A DNA stretch of 64,000 nucleotides, taken from contig JAANOX010000277.1 of assembly GCA_020184695.1 (NCBI GenBank), forward strand, positions 62,001-126,000, read 5' to 3'. Shown here in pieces: positions 54,560 through 64,000 of the stretch; positions within the stretch are counted from its first letter, which is position 1, and the number at the start of each line of letters is the position of its first letter. A model generated the notes under the pieces. It saw only the letters and a list, made by a program, of their open reading frames with translations, was not told the DNA's origin and ran no database searches. A program made the translations under genes and the position numbers. The DNA is from Histomonas meleagridis 2922-C6/04-290x. Taxonomy: Eukaryota; Protista; Parabasalia.

Positions 54560-56200
54560 AATGATAATGTTATATTAATAGTTCGCTAAACACAACTGAA
54601 TTAATAATTGAATGTGATTTCGAAAATGTATTTGATTTAGAAAACTTATTCGATTTACTAAATAAATATGATTGTGTTAATGTATGTGTTGAGTAAATAT
54701 ATTGAGAACTTCCTTCATTTATAATCACCTGCGCTTTCCATTCATTCATCTCGGATATCATCTAATAAATTAACATTTATAAGTTTTTTAAGTGCAAGAT
54801 AAATTATTTGCACATTATTACTGTAATAACCCACATGAAAGATTCTCGAAAAATCCTGAATTAAGATCATATGGGAAAACTTCATTTCGAATCAATTTAT
54901 TATCAGATCCTATTAGTGAAACAATCGCAGATTGTAATAATGGAAATTTGATATTTAAAGATAATTCTTTATTATATAATACATATAATGCCATTATAAC
55001 GCTAATCAATTGATTAGTCATATCTTTTTCAAAATTAATTTGCATGTTAAGAAATGATTCATTGTTAATATATTATAATCTTTTGTTTCATCAAGTTGAA
55101 AAGAATCAACGTTTTCACATAAAACGTGTGTCTTTTGTGTTTCTCTTTCATGTTGTGTTAAATGATTAACATTTAATTCTTGATTATCATCGAAACGAAT
55201 GTTATTATGATATGAAATAAATGAATCGCCATAAATATTTGGAATACAATCACATTAGAAATCAGAAACAATAATGTTACTTTTATAAGTAATAAATTTT
55301 GTTATTGTATCACTACCTGCATAAAAAATATTACCATTAAAATTAATATTTTTTATTCTATTTCAAATGTGACATTAATATTATTTTCAATATCATTAAT
55401 TATTTTTTGAGTTCCAAACATTTTCCCAGACGGTATTTTTATATTAATATTATTTTTATAGAAATGTATTTAATTTTTATTGTACTATATATAATAATAA
55501 AATGATTCCAATCACCTTGTTGAATTATATATAAAATTTGGTTCTCTTTGATTAAATACTTTATCTTTAAATTTATTATTATTAAAATAATTTATATAAT
55601 AATTAGTGAAAGGTCTTGCTGTTTTTACTATTTCATCTATTGGGATATCAACAGTTTGTTCAGAAATATAACGAATTAAGGTTTGAATATATAACTTGAC
55701 TAAAAATATATTATCAGATTCTAAACAAACAATTTTTAATTTGATGACATCTTCGAATTTTATCGATTCCTTAAAATTAAGTTCTACTTCCTGAATTGTT
55801 TGATAAATTCTTGGTTTATGGAAACGATAAAGTTTACAATGTTGAGTGAATAATGCTTTAACATATTTATTGTAAATGAATTCATTAAAACTTAATATTT
55901 TCCTTCTTCATTTTGAAATGAAAGTATATCAATAAAATCAGATCCATCTGAAACAATTATTGCAAAAATAGAAATAAGATGATACTCAAAAAAATCATTA
56001 GAAATTGTTAATATAATTTCTTTAGTTAATTTTTTAATTAACAAATTAGAATTCTGATTTGATATGTATCTAAATCCATAAATAATTTGTGGGAATGTTA
56101 GAATTATTGAATGCATTTGATACTGTGCAATAAACATAAAATACTATGTAATAAGCATGGAATACTTTGGAGATCTTCATTTGTGATATATAAGCATTTA
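54560..56200 (-). pseudogene. Decayed ORF remnants, probably a surface protein with S-x-T-F-S stalk
   Basis: Seen: long start-less frames broken by stops, and FSKSNKFSKSNTFSKSHS near 54600-54680. Confidence 0.4.
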
Positions 56201-56355
56201 TAAAAATTTATTTACTTACTAATGCTACTAAATCATAAATATTAACATTAAGCAAACTTTTGCAAAATATAAATTTCTAGAAACATAACAAAATACAAGA
56301 ATTATACTCAAAATTTAAAGTTTAGAAAATTAATGATTATATAATTTTATTTATA

Positions 56356-57282
56356 TTAATTAATATGTTGAAACCTAATTAAATTCCAAAGATCATCAAA
56401 ATAATTAACCAAATTTTTTCGAAAACACCACTCATGAATGTGTAATTGATATGAATCTCGATTTGTGATATTCTTTGATCGAAGCCATTGTTTAAGATGG
56501 TGCCAAACGCACTCAATCATTTGTGTATGAACATGAGTATCTGGATGAACAAAATTGTATTTATGATTTACTGTATAATGAAAAAAGCCTTGCTCATTGA
56601 GGTTTCTATAAGCTGCCCATTGATCTGTGTGTATATGTGTATTAATTTCTACATATTTTTCAATAATCGGAAATAATGTATTCGCATTGCTTTTCTCAAC
56701 TAAATCGATAGATACTCGACCTGTTACAGAATCTATTCCTCCAAAGAACCACATCTGTGATAAACTTAAATTTCTTCCCACATTATATTTGGCCTTGGTA
56801 ATCATTGTTTCATCTATCTGAACATTGCCCCAAAGGCCACCTAGTGGGTTATGAGTTAAATCATTATAATATGCAATTTCAGATAAATTTCGAAATCTTT
56901 TAAAATAATAATGAATAGTATCAATTTCAGGCAAAGATGGTCTATCCATCTTTGCCATTGATGGCGTCATATCGAGCGCCCAAGAAGCATATAATGAAAT
57001 AGCTGTTCTTAAATCAAATTTGGAATTTTCAAGAATTGTTTTTGATCTTATCGATGATTTGTGCCAATGGATACCTTTACACATGAATATGGCACCATCT
57101 GGATAAGATTTGCCGTAACGACGATTAGTTTCAGATCCACAAATTGAGCTAATATAATGTTCATTAATATTAAGTATAAATCGATTGTTTGAAAGCCATT
57201 GAATAAACTCTTCATTTGATAGTGTAAATATTTTATAAATATCTTCCATAGTGTTAATTTTGTTGGGAGAATTTCTCATCAT
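56356..57282 (-). mobile_element. Merlin / IS1595 (ISXO2-like) DDE transposase gene
   Basis: Seen: VQIDET, KYNVGR, WFFGGID, HIHTDQWAAY, VNHKYNFV, HTQMIECVW; uninterrupted 308-aa ORF; TIRs not found. Confidence 0.9.
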
Positions 57283-58234
57283 GTTGAGATTGCAATTTGA
57301 ATCAAAATATTTTCACTGAAAAAGTTGTCACACTTTGAATAATCATTCAATAATTTCTACTTTTTCAAGATTATTAGAAAATTTGTGTTGATCTGAAAAC
57401 GATTGTTTTTTTTTTTGATCTCAAATATTGAATAATATCTCAAAAAGCATTTTTTATGACATATTCAATCCATTATAACCCAGTTCGACCGAAATATCTT
57501 GGGACAAACGATACATTTTTTTCTGAAAAAACGATTATTGATCATTGAATTTATTTGTTGATTTTTTTTTAATTTTTGTATATAAGCAAAATGTTTTATT
57601 TTATCGAATAAATATCGATACGAATGCAATTTGCACATTATCTTGAAATACTGATTTGAAATACGTATCGATTTTGTTTATCTCATATTCCTCATTTCGA
57701 ATTTTGTATTTTTGATTCATGTCTTTAATTCAGATTTCAAATATTTTATAATCGGCAACAGAAATTATTTGTAGTCCATATAGAATGATCAATTTTACAT
57801 ATTCTTTCAGAATAAATCAATATCCCCTCATTGACGATATCGTTTTCGGAAACGATGTAAGATAATTGTGTGATTTTTATTCGTCCTACTATTCAAATTT
57901 GACTATAACCCCTCGGTTCTTGAACTATATATGAATTAATTGAAGATGAACACACTTATTTTAACCTGGGATTTGCTTATAATCTTTTTTAATTATATAT
58001 TTATTCAATTATACCAAGTTTTTTATAAATAGCTTTCATATATGTATTTTTTATTATCTTTTTATTTCTCCTTGAATTATTATAAACACCTCAGAGATAC
58101 TTGTTTTGTTTAAGCAATAAAATGTTGGTTTCACAAACTAAATTTTTTGGTGCATCAATAATATTCAATTTTACCAGGTAAATCAGTGCACTTATTGTTT
58201 AAGTCATTGATAATTCTTTAAAGAATTTATAAAA

Positions 58235-58485
58235 TTAAATTTTATATTCTTGAAATAATTTGTAAATATCATTTTTTCTCTTTGAAGAAGCAAGCATAAG
58301 CGCTGTTTCAAATAAATCAAATAATTTCCAAATATTATTTTAAAATATCACATTATTTAAATTTATTTTATCTTTAGCATTAATATCAATTCCTTCTTGT
58401 TCAAGAAGTAATTTAACTATTTCTGTATGACCTTTTTCAGATGCCCAAATAAGAAGTGCTGTTTCAAATATTTTATATAATTTCC
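58235..58485 (-). pseudogene. Orphan 3' fragment of an ankyrin array with lattice linkers
   Basis: Seen: GGA-[17]-GAA, repeat TALLIWASEKGHTEIVKLLLEQEGIDINAKD, a 63-nt linker (58307-58369) giving KDGE, and cap TALMLASSKRKNDIYKLFQEYKI-stop. Confidence 0.8.
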
Positions 58486-58855
58486 TTAGCATGGCCAACA
58501 TAATATAGTTGATCAGAAATAAAGGATTTTTTTATTTTGGTTACTAAGGAAATATTTGGAAAAACTGACAAGAAAAATTTCATTTGAAGATTTATTCAAA
58601 AGAAAGCAAAATCAAAAGCTTAACGAAAATAATATAAATTATAAATTGATTTTGACTTCCTTTGATAGAAGTTGTATTGAAGTTTATGTTTTTAAATATT
58701 TTATTATATAAGTGACATGATTAACTTTTTCACAACAGTTCGACCAATTCATATTTTTGTAAACAAAAAGTGCAGCTCCTTTAAACGTATTTTTCCGAAA
58801 GAAAAATAAACCATTGAAACATATCCGAGTAAAGCCATTCAATTTTAAAAACTAA

Positions 58856-60232
58856 ATGTCCATCTCCAGCGATGAAATCAACTTTTTAATCCAACGATAT
58901 TTCTATGAATGTGGCTTCGAACATTCTCTTTACACCTTTAATGCAGAATCTACAACAGACTTATCAAATATGAACGGATCTCAAATCCCGCCAGGTGCAC
59001 TTATTACACTACTTCAAAAAGGGCTTCTTTACATTCAACTTGAGAAAGAAATCCAATCACAGCACAAAGGTGGAGCAGCTTATAATGCTCAATTAACTTT
59101 ACTTGATGCAGCACTTCGTGAAGGATCTGTTCTCCCAAGGAAACCAGAAGCACCTTCACACGATTCACATGATTCTGTTTCCATTCATCTTGATCATTCA
59201 AACTCAATTCTTCTTGCTGAACATACCAAAGATGCCTTATGTTGTTCTTGGTCTTTCGACAGCAAATTCTTAGCCACCGGATCTTCAGATAACACTGCAA
59301 TCATTTGGGATGTTTCCAATCCAGATTCCATCACCAGTTGTATTCTCCAACATAATTCTTCATCTCCAAGCCAAGTATCCTCATTGGACTGGTCTCCTAA
59401 GGCTCTTTTCCTTGCTACTGGGTGCTCTGATGGCACTCTTCACATTTGGAATAGCAGTGGCGAAGAACTTAATTCCGTCAAAAGTAATACTGATCAAGAA
59501 CTTCAATCTATCCATGTTGTTAAATTTGACCCAAGTGGAGAACGTATTTTGTATGGCAATGATACCTCCATAGGAATTGTCTCAACTGAATCAGGTGATA
59601 TCTTATCCACAATTACATGTAAACATAATGCAATTTTAGATGCATCATGGAAGAACGAATCCGTTTATGCTGTTGGTTGTGATGATGGATTTGTTCTCAT
59701 CTTCGACCCTGAGGTAAACAACGGGAAAATCCTCGAAATGGCGGGTCATAACGAGACAGTAAACGGTGTCTCGTGGAGTTTAAACGGCGAATTTTTAGCT
59801 TCATGCAGCGACGATAAGACGATACGTCTTTGGAAGGATGGAAACTCTATCGTTCTAAAGGGGCACACCAATCCCGTTTATGCTGTCAGATGGAATGAAA
59901 AAGGAATTCTTGCTTCTGCTTCATTTGATAACACATTGAGAATATGGGACCCACAAAATGGAACTTGTCTGCATACTTTACAAAGTCATACAATGCAAAT
60001 TTACGCAATATGTTTTTCACCAGATGGTGAACTTATAGCTTCTGGTAGCGCTGATCAGAGTATTAAGGTATGGAGAGTGTCAGATGGAAAGCTGTTGTGC
60101 ACATGTATGGGTACACAAGGAATATTTGATGTGCAAATGGACAAATTAGGAAATTACATTTCTGTTTGTTTTGTTGGAGGCAATGTAGCTTTAATTCCAA
60201 CAGCAAACTTGCACCTGGGTGCTAATGAATAA
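58856..60232 (+). CDS. TBL1/SIF2-like LisH + WD40 protein
   Basis: Seen: MSISSDEINFLIQRYFYECGFEHS, PPGALITLLQKGL and multiple GH..WD repeats. Confidence 0.9.
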   Translation: MSISSDEINFLIQRYFYECGFEHSLYTFNAESTTDLSNMNGSQIPPGALITLLQKGLLYIQLEKEIQSQHKGGAAYNAQLTLLDAALREGSVLPRKPEAPSHDSHDSVSIHLDHSNSILLAEHTKDALCCSWSFDSKFLATGSSDNTAIIWDVSNPDSITSCILQHNSSSPSQVSSLDWSPKALFLATGCSDGTLHIWNSSGEELNSVKSNTDQELQSIHVVKFDPSGERILYGNDTSIGIVSTESGDILSTITCKHNAILDASWKNESVYAVGCDDGFVLIFDPEVNNGKILEMAGHNETVNGVSWSLNGEFLASCSDDKTIRLWKDGNSIVLKGHTNPVYAVRWNEKGILASASFDNTLRIWDPQNGTCLHTLQSHTMQIYAICFSPDGELIASGSADQSIKVWRVSDGKLLCTCMGTQGIFDVQMDKLGNYISVCFVGGNVALIPTANLHLGANE

Positions 60233-60468
60233 GTATTGTAAAACATACAACAATTTTAAATTTTACATTCACTTTGAAAATCCATAATTTCATGATATGT
60301 AATAACATTTGTTATCCTTTTGAGCGACATTTTTTGTTTTTTAGTTTTTTATCCGAAATTATTTTCCAATTAATTAATTAAAATTTTGATGAAAAACACC
60401 AAATTAAATGGACCCAAAACAATGACTAATTTTTATGTATAATGAAATTATCGAAAACAATAGTTTAT

Positions 60469-61887
60469 TCATTCGATATTGAAGCAATTTCTATACCTCC
60501 TCAGCCTATTAGCATGTACTTGTAGTGTTGTATTTAACTTTAACCTTTGTAATCTTAAGTCGCATTGACCAAGAGTTGATTGCATGAAAGAAAGTTTTTT
60601 GGCAAGTAAATCCGATTCATCAGCCTTTCTTTGTGCCATTATCTGAAGTTCATTTTGGAGTGCTTCGAGTTCCATTTGGCTACCACCATCTGCAATTTTT
60701 GTAATTTCACTCTTCAACTTTTCGATGACTCTTTTCAATTTCAAGATTTTACGCTTTGTCTCACCTAAAGGCATCTTATCTAATTCAGCATTCAATTGTG
60801 CTATTCTTTTTCTCATTGCTAGTGATGCTTTTTGGTTTTGAAGCTCATAAGTTGATTTAAGTGCATTCGATTCGGCGGTTTTGATCGTTTTAATCTTTTG
60901 ATGTTCAGAAATTTCGTCTCGAAGCGTTTGGAGAGCCTCACGTTTCTTTACAAGATCAAGAAGATCAACAATGTTTTCGGGACTTTCATCTGATGATATT
61001 TTAGAATCAGTAATATTGATGATTTTTTGCTTGAGAATTGTAAGCTTGGCTTCTAACTGTTGAACTGAAAGTTCAGCGTTTGCATCCTTCTGCATTTCAT
61101 TGACAAGTTCGCTTTGGCGTTGTTTAAGAGATTGAATTGATTCTTGAAGTTGCTTTATGGAATTTTGCGAGCTGAGAAGTTCGGCATCGAGTGATTTACG
61201 CTTGTTAACTTCGTTCTGGTATTGAGCCTTAATTTCTGATTGACGATCTTCAATTTTGAAATTTGTGCGAGAATTAAGTTCTTCAATCTCTTTTGTTTTA
61301 GATTCAATTGTTTGCCGAAGATTCGAAGCTTGAGATTTCAGTTTTTCTAGTTCTTCTTGGAGTGATTTTTCTTTGGATAATAATTGAGCCATATTGTCAG
61401 AAGGTTGCTGGGCTTGCGGTTGTGCTGGAGCTGGCTTCTTTGCTGGGCTCACAATTTCTTCCAATACTGATTGTATTTGGTTCTGATAGGATTTATCAAG
61501 AGAACGAATTGCAGATATGGTGTTTTTCTTGTTAGGTGCCTTAATTGCATAGTACAATAAAAACTTAAGGAACTTGTAAAGCTCTCCTTGATCCTTTTTC
61601 CGTGCAATTTTAGACATATCAACTGTCATCTCAATTCCATTTTCTTTTAATAAAGGTGATATGCGAGATGCAATTAACCTGAGATTCATCAGCATGTTAA
61701 CCCAGCTATTATCTGCTATTTTTTTTAGTAATTTAGGATCAATTGTGTCATTTGAAACAGAATTATATACCTGGGAAATTGCAACTCCATCGAGAAGAAC
61801 AAATGGATCTTGTAAAAATTCTTTGTTTTCTGGATTAAAAGTTGATATCCAATGGAGAATTGCTTCGATTCTCTCCCACTCTGTCAT
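60469..61887 (-). CDS. Hook-domain-like coiled-coil protein
   Basis: Seen: N-terminal LLDGVAI..W..NL..IA..ELYKFL..A..Q..I pattern followed by a long coiled coil. The family is inferred. Confidence 0.65.
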   Translation of the reverse strand: MTEWERIEAILHWISTFNPENKEFLQDPFVLLDGVAISQVYNSVSNDTIDPKLLKKIADNSWVNMLMNLRLIASRISPLLKENGIEMTVDMSKIARKKDQGELYKFLKFLLYYAIKAPNKKNTISAIRSLDKSYQNQIQSVLEEIVSPAKKPAPAQPQAQQPSDNMAQLLSKEKSLQEELEKLKSQASNLRQTIESKTKEIEELNSRTNFKIEDRQSEIKAQYQNEVNKRKSLDAELLSSQNSIKQLQESIQSLKQRQSELVNEMQKDANAELSVQQLEAKLTILKQKIINITDSKISSDESPENIVDLLDLVKKREALQTLRDEISEHQKIKTIKTAESNALKSTYELQNQKASLAMRKRIAQLNAELDKMPLGETKRKILKLKRVIEKLKSEITKIADGGSQMELEALQNELQIMAQRKADESDLLAKKLSFMQSTLGQCDLRLQRLKLNTTLQVHANRLRRYRNCFNIE

Positions 61888-62214
61888 TATGAAATGTTAT
61901 GTGAAAAGTTTTTATTTTTATCAAAAAACTAATTAAATGACAATTTAATGAAATTATGAAGTTTGGTATTATAACTTACGTGACAATGAAGTATGTTGGA
62001 TAAAATTTGACTGTGAATACCTAAAACAAATGATGGTATAGATTGTCATACAATGCTTCAGTAATAAAAAAATTCTAAAAGGTGAATAAATAGTGATAAA
62101 AATACTATGTCAAATTTTAAAAGATGTGAAGATGAAAGGGATAATATAATGAAGCTTTTGGATCAATCATACATGCATCACTTTTGTGTTAATGAACAAT
62201 TAGTCGAAAAAATC

Positions 62215-62420
62215 AAGAATAAATAAAGAATGAACAAATAAATGCATTAATGACTGAATAAAGAATGAACAAATGAATAAGGAATAAATGAACAATTGAA
62301 TGAATTAATGAATGAATAAAGAACTAATGAATGACTTAATTAATGAATAAATGAATAAAGAATAAATGAACTAATTAAAATGAATCAATAAAAAAAGAAT
62401 AAACTAATAAATTAATGAAT
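62215..62420. repeat. Degenerate AATGAAT/GAATAAA low-complexity tract
   Basis: Seen directly. Confidence 0.6.
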
Positions 62421-62488
62421 TATAATTATAAATCTACAAATTTGTTGAAAATGTATTTTAATTTTATATAACATTTTATTTACAGCAA

Positions 62489-63146
62489 TCAGGTTCCAAT
62501 CTCGTTATTAAGCATTTGATCAAGCAAAGCTTTATATGCTTCAGCTTTCTTTACAGCCGCATCCTTCCGTGCCTTCTTCTCCTTCAGGAACTTGGCTTTG
62601 CGTGCGAGGCGGCGCGGTGTGATTAAGCGTTGGATTATTTGTTGCGTGAATTTGCCTGGCTTAACTTCTCTGCGAAGAACAAGTTTAGTGACGTCAGCCT
62701 TTTTATCAGCGTAAAAGATTGCTCTGATCCTTGTTGCACGCTTTGGACCTTAACGAAGCGGAACTATTTTATGTAAGTCCTTCGATTTCAGCATCTCCTT
62801 TCTTGAGAACAATAAGATGAAGAGCTGATATTTCAGATGAAATAACGCAGCCACCAACTGCCTTTTTCTTGCGTTCGCCATCCTTTCGTGGACGATAGCA
62901 TGATGTGCCAGCACGAAGAAGAAGACGAACACGACGTGGAGTAAGAACGCCTTGCTTCATTGGGAAACCTTGTTTATCAAATCCGCCGCCAAGACGGAAA
63001 AGATAACCTGCAAATTGTTGACTAAGGATAGAACCATCAATATCTTGACCTAGACGATGATCATAAAGACAATTAAGATTTACTGGATCTTCGAAATCAA
63101 TGCAAATTTGCGTTCCATGATCTGGATAAGCTAAAGTAAGTCTCAT
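62489..63146 (-). pseudogene. RPS6: 40S ribosomal protein S6 (eS6) pseudogene
   Basis: Seen: GGFDKQGFPMKQGVL, RPRKDGERKKK, GPKRA, IQRLITP; apparent deletions near 62770 and 62640 and a TAA before GPKR. Confidence 0.85.
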
Positions 63147-63431
63147 CTGATCAGCAAAACCAAGGATCAATTTGTAAATATATTTATTTTATGTGAAACT
63201 TGCATCATGACTACAATACCTTTTTATTCATTATTGTAATACACTAATAAATTATTTTTTTAATACAAATAAAAATCTTTTAAGGTATTAATGATTATTT
63301 AATATTTGTTTATTGAATTTTTGCAAAATGTTGATTTTTTAATTTTCATTTGAGCCTTATTTTTGATGAAACAAAAAAATGCGTTGTGTATTAGGCATTT
63401 TATTCTTGGGTAATAATATGTTTATTAAAAT

Positions 63432-63809
63432 TTATTGAAGATTTTTTGCGAGTTGAGGTAATACAGACTTAGGTTCTTTTCCCTGAAAGCGTGCTTCTAG
63501 CGCTTCCTCTCCTTGTTGGAGTATGTCTGAATTAACTTCTTCATTCAGAACAGAAATAACATTTTTTAATCCAAGTGATTCTAAGTAACTTGCCGCAGCT
63601 GCAAGTGCCATTGGAATGTTTGGGTTGTCTGGAAGTGTTCTATGAAATTTTTCGAATGCAGAATTTGTTTCATCATTCATAAGTTCCTGTGTGCACAAAA
63701 GAACAGCTGCTCTCATTTTGTCTCTTACTTTTTGATATTCAGGATCTTTTTCCAATTCTTTAGAAAGTATAGCTAAATCTTCTTGTGATAATCCTAGTTC
63801 GAGCGACAT
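63432..63809 (-). CDS. Small LisH-like protein, FOP/FOR20-like
   Basis: Seen: KMRAAVLL and AASYLESLGLKNVISVLNEE. The family is inferred from memory. Confidence 0.55.
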   Translation of the reverse strand: MSLELGLSQEDLAILSKELEKDPEYQKVRDKMRAAVLLCTQELMNDETNSAFEKFHRTLPDNPNIPMALAAAASYLESLGLKNVISVLNEEVNSDILQQGEEALEARFQGKEPKSVLPQLAKNLQ

Positions 63810-64000
63810 TTTGTAAACGATTTGTTGTATCGTTTTTTCGGGCACCCCAATCAAAAAAATTTTTGGGGACAAGAATATTGTATATACAAGTGCATTTATT
63901 GTTGCTCTTGTTATGTTTATCAGAACTAATAATTCTTTTTTAACCTGATTTTAATTTAATCATGAAATTTCTAAAATTTCATTGAATACGTGTATCTTCG

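Noticed and set aside
57473-57925. TATAACCC-containing motifs at about 57474 and 57904 as Merlin termini
   Set aside because: They are in direct orientation with only a short match, and I found no inverted partner on the other side of the transposase.
1-64000. tRNA, rRNA, snRNA or guide-RNA genes
   Set aside because: None recognisable by eye; a covariance-model search is needed to exclude divergent small RNAs.

Overview
AT-rich eukaryotic DNA, most likely a parabasalid (trichomonad-like) protist. This is inferred from expanded DUF3447-ankyrin genes, Inr/M5-like promoter motifs, very short intergenic regions, a near-absence of introns and a DPFxxDF cytoplasmic-tail motif. Housekeeping genes (eS1, eS8, eIF5B, a USP deubiquitinase, TBL1-like, AIR9-like, PPTC7, SLC25 carrier, U2AF35-like, TTC25-like) are mixed with DNA transposons (mariner, MULE, Merlin/ISXO2) and decayed ORFs. 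Main result: in four DUF3447-ankyrin loci and one orphan fragment, the DNA between ankyrin repeats is an exact 20-nt lattice of [17-nt AT-rich insert + one triplet]. Deleting each 17-mer joins the lone triplets into the missing ankyrin beta-hairpin K-D-x-x-G-x-T-A-L and restores the reading frame. At 12.8-14.0 kb this means 28 inserts and 7 of 7 linkers give x-x-G-x. Linkers are 80 nt (4 units), 63 nt (one insert precisely absent) or up to 200 nt (10 units). The inserts lack GT-AG ends. This points to a system, undescribed to my knowledge, of non-canonical 17-nt intervening sequences and single-codon micro-exons at the ankyrin binding residues. The removal step (RNA processing, ribosomal bypass or DNA excision) cannot be determined from DNA, and expression is unproven.
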